Shown: positions 9,674-41,354 of the stretch, one piece after another
How positions within the stretch are numbered: the stretch's first letter is position 1
Layout: each line of letters opens with the position of its first letter
NCBI GenBank assembly: GCA_009103225.1
Contig: RHPI01003156.1
Span: forward strand, 598,537-662,536
Origin: Chlorokybus atmophyticus
Taxonomy: Eukaryota; Plantae; Mesostigma and Chlorokybus algae
Length of the DNA stretch: 64,000 nt
Direction of reading: 5' to 3'
Position numbers and translations under genes: made by a program
The notes under the pieces: generated by a model
Told to the model about the DNA's origin: nothing
Seen by the model: the letters and a program-made list of their open reading frames with translations, nothing else
Database searches by the model: none

Positions 9674-11569
9674 TGTTACGCCGGGCGGGGGGTAATTATC
9701 ACTTAAAACTATGTACAGTGATCACACACTTAACATGTAGTGACTGTACACTCCCTTAACCACCTTTCGTTGAGTGAACAACTACTTGGCAACTTAAGGG
9801 TTATGGTCACCTAGCTTAGGTACCCCTACCTTAGTCCCAAAAGCCCAGAGCTCAAGTCGTGCGGCGGCTACCCTCCACCCGCGACTGGCTCCTTTTTAAT
9901 GGCGAAATCCATCGCCATGAGCTTTACTAGGAACTATCTTGGCTAAGACCTACTTGGTTCAAAGCCCTCTACCAGATCCCCATTCACTCACCCAAGTGAT
10001 TAGTTTAGTTCACTCGACATTAGTTCACTGGCATTCAGCAAAGTGACCAATAATGCCAATCCGCGATTTTTGTGCTTGCGGCCATGGCAGACGGCGCTGT
10101 CACGCGCTGCGTATCGGCACACGCGGGAGGGGGCAAATGCCTTAGCCGATTTTCTGTCGCGACGTCGCGTCGCGAAGTGATCTAATAGTTGATTCACTAG
10201 TGAATCAACTTTAGTTCACTACTTTGTCGGCTTTATGAATCACTCCATTAGTGAACTAACTTAGTTCACCAGTGATTCACTATTAGCTCCCTCTTCTATT
10301 AGTCCTTTCAAATTAGGGTGATTCACTTAGTTCACTTAGTTCACTTCGAACCCTTAGTGAACTACTTTTAGTTCATGTTCGTAACTGAACCAGTGAACTA
10401 TTTTAGTTCACTTACGAACCCTTAGTGAACTACTTTTAGTTCATGTTCGTAACTGAACCAGTGAACTATTTTAGTTCACTTACGAACCCTTAGTGAACTA
10501 CTTTTAGTTCATGTTGATTCACTTCGCAGGTAACTGAACCAGTGAACTATTTTAGTTCACTTACGAACCCTTAGTGAACTACTTTTAGTTCATGTTCGTA
10601 ACTGAACCAGTGAACTATTTTAGTTCACTTACGAACCCTTAGTGAACTACTTTTAGTTCATGTTCGTAACTGAACCAGTGAACTATTTTAGTTCACTTAC
10701 GAACCCTTAGTGAACTACTTTTAGTTCATGTTCGTAACTGAACCAGTGAACTATTTTAGTTCACTTACGAACCCTTAGTGAACTACTTTTAGTTCATGTT
10801 CGTAACTGAACCAGTGAACTATTTTAGTTCACTTACGAACCCTTAGTGAACTACTTTTAGTTCATGTTCGTAACTGAACCAGTGAACTATTTTAGTTCAC
10901 TTACGAACCCTTAGTGAACTACTTTTAGTTCATGTTCGTAACTGAACCAATGAACTATTTTAGTTCACTTACGAACCCTTAGTGAACTACTTTTAGTTCA
11001 TGTTCGTAACTGAACCAGTGAACTATTTTAGTTCACTTACGAACCCTTAGTGAACTACTTTTAGTTCATTATGTTGATTCACTTCGCAGGTGAATCAACC
11101 CCTTCGCGACTCATTTCGCGAAGTCCTTTTTGTTCACCCTAAGAGAGGCTACTTCGCTCTATTCATCTGATCCAAATAAGCCGCCTTGGATTGGCCTAAA
11201 TGAACCTTATAATTACACATGCTTTTTCCTATGATGTTTCACACGATTGGCCCCATAAGCCCACATCGCGTTAATAAATCATTATACTAGAGACATGTGC
11301 TTTTATCTTCCTACTCAAGACGCCCATACATTCATGAATAGGGTAATTCCTAGTCAACCACTTCTAATTAGATGCAAATGCTCTAACTAGCCAGGCCTAT
11401 AATTAGCGTTGCACTGTATTCGTGTTAAAGCTCAAACACAAACACACGCACTCAAAGCTTTTATAACAAACCAAGATAATCCAACCAAGGTTCATTAAAC
11501 TTTTGTCTCCCGCTAATTAAACTTATATATACACTGTACATGACCAGCTGTAATAGCTAGGCCGTAACA
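9674..11569 (-). repeat. 5' LTR (1,896 bp; contains 11 copies of the 68-bp unit)
   Basis: Same termini as 3065-4438; about 8 single-base differences seen by eye in the non-array part. Confidence 0.96.
10348..11070. repeat. 68-bp tandem array, 11 copies (one 81-bp variant, last copy partial), inside 5' LTR
   Basis: Unit starts at 10348, 10416, 10484, 10565, 10633, 10701, 10769, 10837, 10905, 10973, 11041. Confidence 0.92.
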
Positions 11570-11574
11570 CATAA
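11570..11574. repeat. Right target-site duplication CATAA
   Basis: cataa immediately follows the LTR end CA; identical to 3060-3064. Confidence 0.95.
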
Positions 11575-12910
11575 GCACCCATGGGCACAAAGGGCACAGC
11601 GCGGGCCAAGATGTCTAGACGTCCGTTGTGCTTGCCGATGCTACTGAAGCACGGATCTTATTTCTCGTTCTCTTCTCATGCACTCTGCAGATACCCTCTG
11701 CTTGCTATCACCCTCAAGGCTTGCCAGCATCTCACACACACCCGCTCCTGCTTAAGCGTCTAGCTTAGCTCTAGTCTAATGTCCGTTTTTGTGTGACGTT
11801 GTCAGCTCTGCCTTGGCCTCCGCCCATTCTATATTTCGTGCTTGCGAGTGCTTATGCTTGTGTTCGCTAAGTGCTTGCACATTTGAATTCAAGTTGTCGT
11901 TCATGCAACTTTGCAAGAGTTACATATATGTGTGCACATATGCGCGCATACGGTCAGCTAAATGCTTATACAAACAGAAATTATGCATGCACCAAATTGT
12001 ATCATGGCTTATAAAGTTGTTGTGCTTGTTTATAAGGTTGCTATCTGATAATATATTGTGAAACTCATGTAATAGATAAACTCAGATTACGGCATTACTC
12101 CATCGGCTCCCTCACTTATTATATACGCCTTCCTTGCCTCAATTACAAAAAAACGAGTTCGAAACAATGTCTCCGTTGATAGGGGATTATAAGAGGNNNN
12201 NGGGCTCCTATGGAGTAAACATCGTAGATAACATTCGTAATGTCATAATGTATACCATACGCTAGTACATTGTAATATACCATATACCATAACGGCTTGT
12301 TTTAATGTAGCACTAGTGTGTGGCGACCCGTGCACAACACGGGTCCCAAGTTGAGATTCCCCAACTGCGTCATGCCTAAGCAGGTCAGGATGGCCAACTG
12401 TGCGTCGCATGGGCAATTCCACTCCGCATTGTGTACACACTGCAAGTAACTTATGCCGATAAGTTCATGCCATCCAACTTGTATACTGATGTGTCAACTC
12501 ATGTGCGTTCTGCAGTTCCACCACGAAACACATGTCATGAGCACGTGGGGTGCATGTTGAAGGCATTGCTGTATCAGTTTGCAGCATATGTGACCATCAC
12601 GGAGATGTTGTCAGTTTACCATGTTAATATCCGCTTGCTATATGCACAAATGGCATCACAGCCGCAACAACTGTCATTGATAGTAGAGTTCACTGCTACT
12701 TACTCTTAGCCCCGCACTACTACACGTATCACACCTACTACACTTGCCACTGCAAGAAGCTGATGCAGTCGTCTGTGCGAATGCGTCAAGCCACCATGAA
12801 TGCATGCCGCCCCAAGCAGAACAGATCATTGCAAAGCAGCAGCACTGCCACCCAAGTTGCATGAGGTTCACCGTTCATACTATGGACAGACAGACTCACA
12901 CAACACTTAC

Positions 12911-14950
<2,040 letters not shown>

Positions 14951-15942
14951 CCAATTGCAAATGACAATACCAATCTGGCGATGCTTTTCAATTTTCAAAT
15001 TTTGAAAAATAAATACCAAAACACATTCGCGCTCCAAACCCTCATCTACCGTCGGCCAGCCGTATGCATGTATGTGATTAGTTAGAAGCATTGGGCCATA
15101 CCACTGGTGCCGTCAATGCATCCCCGCAACAGTGGTATGACCCAGTGCGTACTTTGCAATCTGTGTCTACAATCCAACGAAACCGCACACACGGTTTTTG
15201 TTTTTTAAAATATAGTAGTAGGATGACACAATGCCGTAGTTGTGTTCTATAGTGGCTCGTGAATGCCTATACAGTCCAACCTCCTTGTAATCACACTCGT
15301 TCCAAGCACAACCTCGATCTAAGCATATTATTTCCGGCAACCAACGCGCACTCGGCAAATCACTCCCCAATCTAAGCGCTATCACACTCGATGTAAGCAC
15401 CCTCTTTAACTGCCTTTTGTGCTTACAAAGAGGGTATTCATAACAAAGTTAAAATGCGTTGTTTATACGTGTATCATTGTATACACACAATTGCATATAT
15501 GTACAACAAATAGGCTATGTGCACAAACATGCACGTGCAAGCACATACATACTCACGTACACATACACACATACATCACATACATTACACTCATATATAT
15601 TCATAGTAACGGTATATGTATATGTGAATATACGCTTTGCAGTTGTAGCAACCACTACATCCTATTTATGTACATAGGTTGTATACATTATATACTTATC
15701 TTATGTTTATTAACACTATAATTTAAATACATGTAATATAAAGATACATGTATCAAATACACGTGATATAAGGATATATGTTACATATATAATACATGCA
15801 TAGATTATAATAAATTATAACATGTACATGTACATCTTGTCAAGTATTTGGATACATTCGTGCATAAACATATATATATGTAAATATACATATTTATATG
15901 TATGTGTGTGTACATATTATTATATACATGTGTGCATATATC

Positions 15943-16132
15943 CTGTATGCATACATACATGTATGTGTAGTCATGTAGCGGAGTTCCTCGATCTAAGCAT
16001 AAGGTGTGCTTGAACTTGCAGTAGTCACATTGTGCTTAGTTCGAAGGTGTCACACCTCGCTGTAAGCACATATTGTGCTTAGATCGAGGAACTCCGCTAC
16101 ATGACTACACATAAATGTATGTATGCATACAG
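15943..16132. repeat. 57-bp inverted repeat (15943-15999 / 16076-16132, 1 mismatch) with 76-bp spacer
   Basis: Left arm ctgtatgcatac...ttcctcgatctaagca equals the reverse complement of the right arm except one base. Confidence 0.9.
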
Positions 16133-16492
16133 ACATATTCCCGCGAGTATGTGTTAATGTACACACATAGATACAGGCATGGTTGGTAACCAACGATGTG
16201 GTTAGATCGCGGGCAGACTGTATCCATGTTCGAGCCCAGCCGCTGTTGACATTGACGTTGTCAAGGATGGCGCCTTGTACTGGCTGTAACCGAACGGCTG
16301 ACAGGCGCCTTTCGCACACCGGTTTTTCCCTACGGTTGGGCCCGGTCACAGCGCAATGTCAGCCTACATGCGGCATGTAGGGAAGGGCATGTAGGCATGT
16401 AACATGCCTACGTGTGCCCCAGCCTGAATGCACTGATCGCCCGATGGTGCGCCGGTGCATTTCGGTTGGGGTATTTCCAACGCCCGTTGGGT

Positions 16493-16541
16493 AGAACCTG
16501 ACCTAGGTACAGAACCTGACCTAGGTACAGAACCTGACCTA
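16493..16541. repeat. 18-bp tandem repeat agaacctgacctaggtac x2.7
   Basis: Direct reading; each unit holds the palindrome CCTAGG. Confidence 0.9.
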
Positions 16542-17879
16542 CCGCTCGGCTTTACTGTTCTGGACCTAAACTTGAGGTCCTCCAACCCCAAGTTACCCCT
16601 TCCGAATCATAGGTTATGATTCTCACGCTTTGAATTGCCGCATGCACTCACTGAAGCATAGCATGCACACAACTCGTTGAGGTTGAACTGGACTTCCTGT
16701 TGAACCCCGGTACTTACGAAGTACCCCATCATGGCCTACCTCAGCCTGAGGTAGGCTACCTGGGCAAGTTGCGATAGATCTCCTCGGCAGTAAGCAATCA
16801 TCCTCGCCTGCGACTGCCGCTCACATGCTAGATTTTTATTTTGTAGTGACAGGGCCTGCCACCTGGCTCAAGCAGGCGGTGCAGCGCGGCAGCGCAGATC
16901 GTTCAAATCGCGCCAAGTGTGTCAGACTGTCGGGGCTGTTGCACGGTTAGATTGCCAGAAGCTGGGACAGTTAGATTGGCGGGGTCAGATGGCTGAACCG
17001 ACACGCAGTTCGTTTGCTAGTGTTCGCTGGGTTTCATTGACGCCACGTTGGTGTGAGTTCTGACATGCACGCCTGCGCACTGCACACCGGCTGATTCGGT
17101 TGTGCAGTGACAGGCGTGCTCTGCACAGAAAACGATACTCTGCCACTGGCCCCCCCCTTTGCCCCTGTCAACATCCCCGCCTGTCGCGAGGTCAGTCAGA
17201 TGCCCGCGGCGCGGGCGGGGGGAACTGACATAACGTTTGCCAACCGGCTAACGACCGCGTAGTCAATTGTGCGTTGAAGTTAAGCCAGTAAAGTTGGAGG
17301 CTCTAACGCTCTTAACCCCAAGCGCTGGATTAGACTTCCTAGCCAAGCTCAAGATAACAACAAACCCAAGTCAACCGCGGTACGTGAGCACCTTCATGAA
17401 CGTTATAGCAAACAACACCATGTGCGTTTTGCTGTAAGGCATTCGGCTTGGCTGCTACCTGCCTGCGATTGGCGTGCTAGCCGCGGCTGCTAGCTTACTC
17501 ACTGTAGGCCTCGGCCTACTGCTCCTGCTTGCAGTACTCTTTCTGTACTACTACTGCTTTGGGTACAGAGTTGGTGTGGTGTGCAGAGTAGTAGGTGTTG
17601 GGGTGGGCGCAGCCTGTGGAGGTGGAGGGAGGCTTCGACGACAGCGGCGTTGCCAGCGCGAGGAGGAGGCTGCGCGCTTGATTGAGAGGAGTTGGCGTTG
17701 GAGCTGAGGAGAGGCTTGGTGTGGGAGCTGTAGGTCAGGGCTTGGTGGTAGGGAGGGAGGAGGTTGTGGTGAGCGTGCTGGTTGCTGGGAGGGGTGGGAC
17801 GCAGGGTCGGAGCTTAGGCGCTGCGGCTTGCGGCCTGCCTTGCGACTGCTGCTGCTTCCGCTAAGTAAAGGGGAGATAG

Positions 17880-20800
17880 TTGATCTGGTTGGGTTCCTTG
17901 GTGGTGTGACGGCATTGGTTGCGAGGAGCGGGCAGCTTGCGCGCCTGGCGAGCTTTAGGTGCGTCTGCTGTGTGCTATGCCGTGTGTTGGCCTTACAGTT
18001 GTAAAAAGCATGCTTTCCCTTGTATATGGACTGCTGTGCGTGGCATTTTGTCATTTAGTAATGCTATGTAGGAACAAGTGTTTTGTTGCTACACAGCGTT
18101 CATAGCGTTTAGTCAGAGTAGGTTGACAATGTCAGCGTGCTGTGTTGCTTGCTGGCTTAAGCAGCAGGTGTATACATAGAAAGGAAGCCTGTAGCCCTTT
18201 TCTGCGAATTGTACTACTTGCTAATTCAGCAGCGGTGTTTGCACGCTCCGCGCAGCAAGCGGTAAACAGCAGGCGTATTTACTTTGCAGAGAGTAGCTTG
18301 CGAATGCTCTGCTTGCCAAGTCGTTCGACTAGAGCCAGCACTAGTAGCCCTTCCTGTGCAGAGCACTTGATGTTACCAGGTCAGCAGGCAGGACAGCTGG
18401 CATTGGCTCTTCGTCTTGCTCTCCTGTCATTGCGCAACATAAAGTGAGACGCCGCTTTCAAGCAGACACTTGCTTAGCGCTTGGTACTGGTGACTACGAT
18501 GTCCTCCCCTGGCCCTTTGCCTTGTCTGTCGGGTGCTAGGCCAGGGCGCTTACTGCTGACAGCTTGTTTCTAGAGTATGCAACGCTCATCATCTTTTGTG
18601 ACAGAACTGTGTGGGGTGCTCGCTGCTTGGGGTGGCATCAGTGTAGTGGGTGGCATCAGGACACACCTTTGCTCGCTACTACTTGTGGCCGGAATCGGAA
18701 TCAGAAACCTCCATGAGTAGGGGCCTATCACCGTCACCACGCTCATCTGATGAGCGGTCTTGACCGCCACGGGGCGCTGGAGAGTCAAGTTGTGAATGAG
18801 CGACGTTCAACTGCCGGTCAGTTCAACAGCTACCTTGCACCCATACATTTCAGCAATTGCCCTTCATGGCGCTTGTTCTAATGGTGGAATCTGTGCTCTC
18901 AGTGTTGAATGAATTTTCACAAAGTGACTGCAATGATGGTGGCTGCCAACGGCTGGCAGAGGCTGGTAAAAATGACAGGTTGCAGCAGTTTGAGCCCAGA
19001 TTCCTACCTAGTAGGGCTGGCAGCCTTCCGATGTCTGGATGCTCAGTAGTTACTCCGTCTTTTAGTAGAGAGTTGGACGCGTATACGCGAGTTGACCCTG
19101 GCGCATACGACAACGGACAGAGCAGACGTGTTTCACAGCCGTTGAGCACTGAAGCACAGGCAGCATCAGGCAGCAATCTGGCGAGTACTTCTCAGGGAGT
19201 CATGCAGGTATGCCCTGTGCACGTCGAGACTGCTGTAATGTTCAACGATGGCCAGGTTAACAGTTTGCCTGTTGTCTTGCACTAGCCTGCCCTGGGGTCT
19301 TCAAGACTGCCGCGCGCTCTAGGGCCTCCTGTCACCTCAGGGTTTTTGAGGCATTTTGGTATCGAACCACTGCCCACTGGAGTTGTGGCTCCGGCAGCAA
19401 GGTATGGGGACGTGGGTTAGCACAGAGTAGTTGGGAGGTGTTGTGTTGACATGCTCCTACCCTTGCAGTGCGGCATCAGACAGCCTGGTGTCAGCACAAG
19501 TTGTGCCTCTTTGCCAAGAAGATTATCGCACAAGGTTGTAGAAGTGTCGCTCACGCATGCCGTTTCACCATGTTGTTTTGGTGGTTTCTCAACTCATATG
19601 TCTGCAAACAGTTTGCCGCTTGGGAAGGCTTCTCCAAATGCACATGGGTTTGAAGTTCCGGACATGGCACCACTCAAAGCTAGCACTGTGCGCGGCAGTG
19701 GGCCATCTGCGCCAGTCAGTGAGCCTGCAGGCCCATCTACACCCGCTGCAGACACCACCTTTCAAGTGAGGTGGCCTGGGGAGCGCATGCAGAGTTTGCA
19801 GGGAAGAAACGTGCCTCACGTCCGGCTTACTGATGGAAGCAGGTCCTTGGTGTAAGCTGTTCATACACTTCCCTAGGCTTTGCGATTGTCATTGTGTTCT
19901 TACTGTTTGCTGTCGTTTGCAGATTAATGCAGCTCTCAACTTCGCGACCTGACGGTACACCAGCCACTTCCTTCAATATGTCGTTACTGCATGATCAAAT
20001 TTCTAGCGCTGCTGGCCTGCCCAATACTGGCAACCTGAAGCCTGCTGGAAACTGGCGAGAGCAGATATGCCCATCAGAGCATGTAAGCTTCTACACTTGC
20101 TCATCTTAGACACGGTGCACCTGTGTTGTTATTATGCAACCTGCTGCACATGCATGTGCAGTTGTATTGAGCTGCTCATGTATCACAGGAAGACAGCTGG
20201 AAGCCTGTCCCACTTCAGGACGACAGCTGGAGGCCTGCCCCATCCTCAGCTCCTCCAGCCTCATCCTTGCGTAAGGACCGCCTTGTGAGAAAGAGTGCGG
20301 AGGAGCCGGACATGAGAGATCGCAACGTCCGCCTCAAGCGGGATGAAGCTGTCTCTGCCTCCCATCCTGAAGCTGATCTTCGAAGGGCAGGTACCTGACT
20401 CTTGGTCGGAACTCTTGATCTGCCTCTGCTGCTCGTACTTGGTGGCATTGCTTGCACCATACGCCGCATCTTGTAGTGCAATCCATGCGTATTGTCACAA
20501 GTGGTGCGTTTGTCACTCATGCGGCGAACAGCCGTCAAGCGCATGGCGCACCGTGATCCCCATCCCCATTACCCACAACCACCGAATCTAACAACTCATC
20601 AACGATCTGGATGGACTGTCTATACAGACCCCGAACTGGACGACGCGCACAATGCGGACCCCCCTTGTCAATCAGACCCTCTTCCAGTAGGCACACCTAC
20701 TGCTGCAGATAACTGGGATGCACGTGACGGCGGTGCTCAGCATAATGAATCGCCAACATCTGTTGCCCCTCTCCTGCTCCTGCAGGGGGTTCCAGGATAT

Positions 20801-21988
20801 GCTGGAACTGGAGGTGGGCCAAGTCAAGGTCGCAGGTTCGTCTTGTAGCCATGAGCATCATGCCGCACGTTGTGCTGCGCCTCTCATTGTGCGATGTGGC
20901 CTTCAAGCTGTTATGTGCATGCTGCCTCACCAATCTGATTATCACAGTGGTCCTAGTGGAATGGCGACGCCAGATGCCAGTAGATGGGATGATCCCCGGG
21001 CTCGGTGGATGGAGAATTGCTATCAGCGCCACGCAGCTTCTCTAGACAGGCACAAGCAATGCTACCCGCACCCATCGCCATGCGTTAGTATTTCAGGCGA
21101 TACAACGGTTTATAGAGAGCAGCTGAAGGACATCTACGGCCCTGCTGGTACAGTCAATGTTGGATGCATACGGTGGAAGATGATTATGCAGTGTTTGTTC
21201 TGCAATCTGACAATGTTCTGTGCTTCGCAGAAAGCAGCATGCAAAGCGAAGGCGCTTCGCAGAGTTTCCAACGCTATGGCTTGCCTCACCAATACATGTC
21301 CAAGCTGCCGGCTGCGCCTCCGAGAACGGCATCAGCTGCTGTTAGCAGTGGCCAGAGCATGCAAAGAGCAGCGACAGTCAGTTTTATGCACCCTGCAGAT
21401 TATACCAACTTTGCCCCATACCCTGCGGACGCTGATCCACGGTATTCGTATCTTCCATATATGCTACCTGGGGGCGGCATGTATTGGTACGCTGTGCCGA
21501 GCTGGACAGGACTGACAGCGGGGTCATCACCTTCAATACCAGCAGGCCCGATAGCCCCCATAGCGCCTATGACTGCACCGCTGAGCATGCACACCCCCAC
21601 ACCGGCTGGCTTCCCGTACACCTTCCCCACATTTCCGCCAGCAACACCTGCACCATCATATGGATATCCTGGTGTTCCGCCATACGTAACACCCGCGGCA
21701 CCCGCAGCGCCTTTCATGGCTCCCTCTGCTCTCGGTGCGCTGCCGACATCCCACATGGCGTTCTACCAACCTGTTGTCCCTCCAGTTGTTCCCCCACAGT
21801 TCCCTGGCGCACTGCCAGGCATGGCTGCAACCTCGCCATTGACAATTCCCATGACGGCCGCCTTGCTTGCACCCCCAACACAAGCGCCACCCCCTGTGGC
21901 AATGGCACATTCTCATCCCTCGGTAAGCTTCAGCTCAGTGGCTCAAGGGCATAACATGCGGGCGCCGAGCAGTGGATCCAGAAGATAG
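17880..21988 (+). CDS. Probable multi-exon gene for a Ser/Pro-rich, largely low-complexity protein of unknown function; boundaries uncertain
   Basis: Series of open blocks bounded by AG/GT sites (e.g. donors near 19208 and 20391) and a terminal Pro/Ala/Tyr-rich ORF (21164-21988); exon chain not fully resolved. Confidence 0.4.
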
Positions 21989-22967
21989 TATACCGCGACT
22001 TGCGTGATATTCTAGTGGTGTTGTTAAGCGTGCTTCTTGGAAGGCTGCTGCCGCCTTCCACCCGCTCTAGTTGTAGCTGCCTTTTGGCTATGGCGTTGGC
22101 CTTGATTGTGAATACGTTTTTTGGTGGCATTAGGTCCTGGTAGTAGCCGCGAACAAATTGCTGCTGCTTGCTCGCGGCTTGCGCTGCAGCTGATGTGCGT
22201 GCTTGATTTGGATGTAGGTCGCTGCTTGTATTGGACTGGTTTGTGTGGCGTTGCTGTTGTGCCTGTATAGCTGACAGTGCGCCAGTAATGTGGCAAGGTG
22301 TACTAAGAGATGGCAGTCACTGCGCAGTCCAAGTGAAGGGCTGTTACTTTTGGGGTGTACATTGTTTATGGCACACGTGCTTGTTGCATGCATTATTTGT
22401 TTTCTGTACACAATGCGCAGCATATGCCAACACATGCTTGTGGTATGCACCCCTCGTCCAGCGGGTCAGCCCTCACTACATTACATGTTTACCTTGTGTT
22501 TACCACAGCCATGGATGCCAAAGCCGCGTCTCGCACAAGTGACCCACAACCATGCATGAACAGCCCTTGCATGACGACAAATGTCTGTAGCATTAAATTT
22601 GGCAAGATGATGGCAAGCCTGTGCTATGGGTATGTGCCAGACACCACCTGCTTGCTGTTCTACCATGGCGCTATTGTTGAGCTGCTGTGTGACACTACAT
22701 TACATGCACTGGATGGTAAATATGCAAGCCATCAGCTGCTCACATGTGGCAGCAGTGCAGTAGAGTACAACGGGACATACAGCAACAAGAGTTGTCGACA
22801 ATCGGTAAATAAAGCCACCAGCCACACACTTATTGCAGCAGTGCGATAGATCTCAACAAGAGCTGTGTACAACTGGTACAATGGCACTGTGTGAGAATAC
22901 GCTGGTACACAACAGCATGCAAGTCTCAACCAACATTGTTATCTTACAGAACACAAAACTACAGCTA

Positions 22968-39888
<16,921 letters not shown>

Positions 39889-41354
39889 CTGGTTTACAAC
39901 AGCCGACAAGCAAATGAGTTGAGCCCAACCTTTCTTCACAAAGTGCGGTCAACTAGCAACAGGTGTACGTAGCAGCAGTGAAGTAGTTGTGCTTATAAAT
40001 TTAGTGACACCGATGACGTCGCAATCAGTGCCACGCTCAATGTGAAGGTGGTGACGACAGTTTGCACCAGCTCTGTGTGCATGCTGGCAGATCACACATG
40101 CGTGTATGCAAGCGCTTGTGGGCGAGGGTGACCCAAGGCACATACGCACGCACAAAAGCACTCACTCACGACCAAATGAAAGTCCCAACTGTTTGCCTCC
40201 CACCAGACATGACACGCCGTACACCACCAGTTATTGCTTCGAGCAGGGTTGGGGTCAGCACTGGTATGTGCTTAGTTGCTGAGTTGATTGAAAGACAGCT
40301 ACGATGAAATTGTACGGTGCGGTGTGCAAAGACAAGAGCAACTGATTAATACTTGCAGAAACAGTGCATGAAAAGCAAACCAAGACCATGTCATCGGCCA
40401 GTACACAACGCCAGATTTAAACACAGCAAGGGACACGGTCCGTTAAGCGACTGCAGGCATCCCTGATCCGAAGCTCTACAAATGAACGTACCACAACAGA
40501 TGGGCTCCCAATTGGTGCCACCTGCGGTAACATACCGCTGATCCTCCTTAGTAGTCAGCGTCCTCCCCCTTCATTGCCTCCCAAGCATAGCGAGTCCACT
40601 GTATAGTTGTTTACACCAATGTTGCACGCCGCTAGGCACACCGATCACATGGTCCACGACAATGACCGCCGCCGCCGTCTCCGCCGGTTGAATCGGCACA
40701 GGTACTTGTATGAGAAGAGAGTCAGAGTTTACGTTATTGATGACCCGTACGTGCGTTGCCGTTGCAGAAGAGAAACACCAGGTCAGTCACGTGACATGGA
40801 CAGCTCCGAACGTTTGGAAGCCAAGATGGAAGGTTTTACTCCATAAGGAACTTCCAAGACTTGGGTGTGGCAACTTTTGACAACTTCTTACCGCCAATAT
40901 TAACTCTGGCTAGTCCACCAGGCCTAAAGCGACGGCGGTGGCGGTGGCCTGCTTGACGGCCTCAGTCAGTAAGGGTGTGCGGGTTGCTACTTGGCCGAAT
41001 CAAAGAGAACAGACATGCAACCCTACAACTACTTTTCCAACTTAATCACTCAAATGCAAGCAAGTTTAAGTGATCAAATGGCAACAAACTAACAACTTCG
41101 TGATAAGATTGCCGCTGCTCTTCGTAATAGCATTGCCGCCGCCGCCGCCGCCGCCGCCGGCAGCGCTCGGCAAGCCAACTAGGTGGCTGCACAGACGGGC
41201 AGATAAGGGCAAGAGGAAGGTGCACATGTCCAGCAAGCCTCACAAGGTCTCATATAGCTTGTTGCGTGCAAGTTGGTTTGTGGAGTTGAATGTTCACTCC
41301 ACATCATGTTCAGGCCAGCGCAGGACCATTAGCGCCAGCTGGCAAGCCTATCTC

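Larger units (their letters stand above)
3065..11569 (-). mobile_element. Full-length Ty3/Gypsy LTR retrotransposon, chromovirus type (gag, PR, RT, RNase H, integrase, chromodomain)
   Basis: Two LTRs with TG...CA ends (3065-4438, 9674-11569), 5-bp TSD CATAA on both sides, PPT next to the left LTR, PBS-like sequence next to the right LTR, uninterrupted gag and pol in Gypsy domain order. Confidence 0.97.

Noticed and set aside
10348-11070. CRISPR-like array with hairpin repeats
   Set aside because: Units are contiguous near-identical 68-mers with no unique spacers, inside a eukaryotic LTR, and no cas genes are present.
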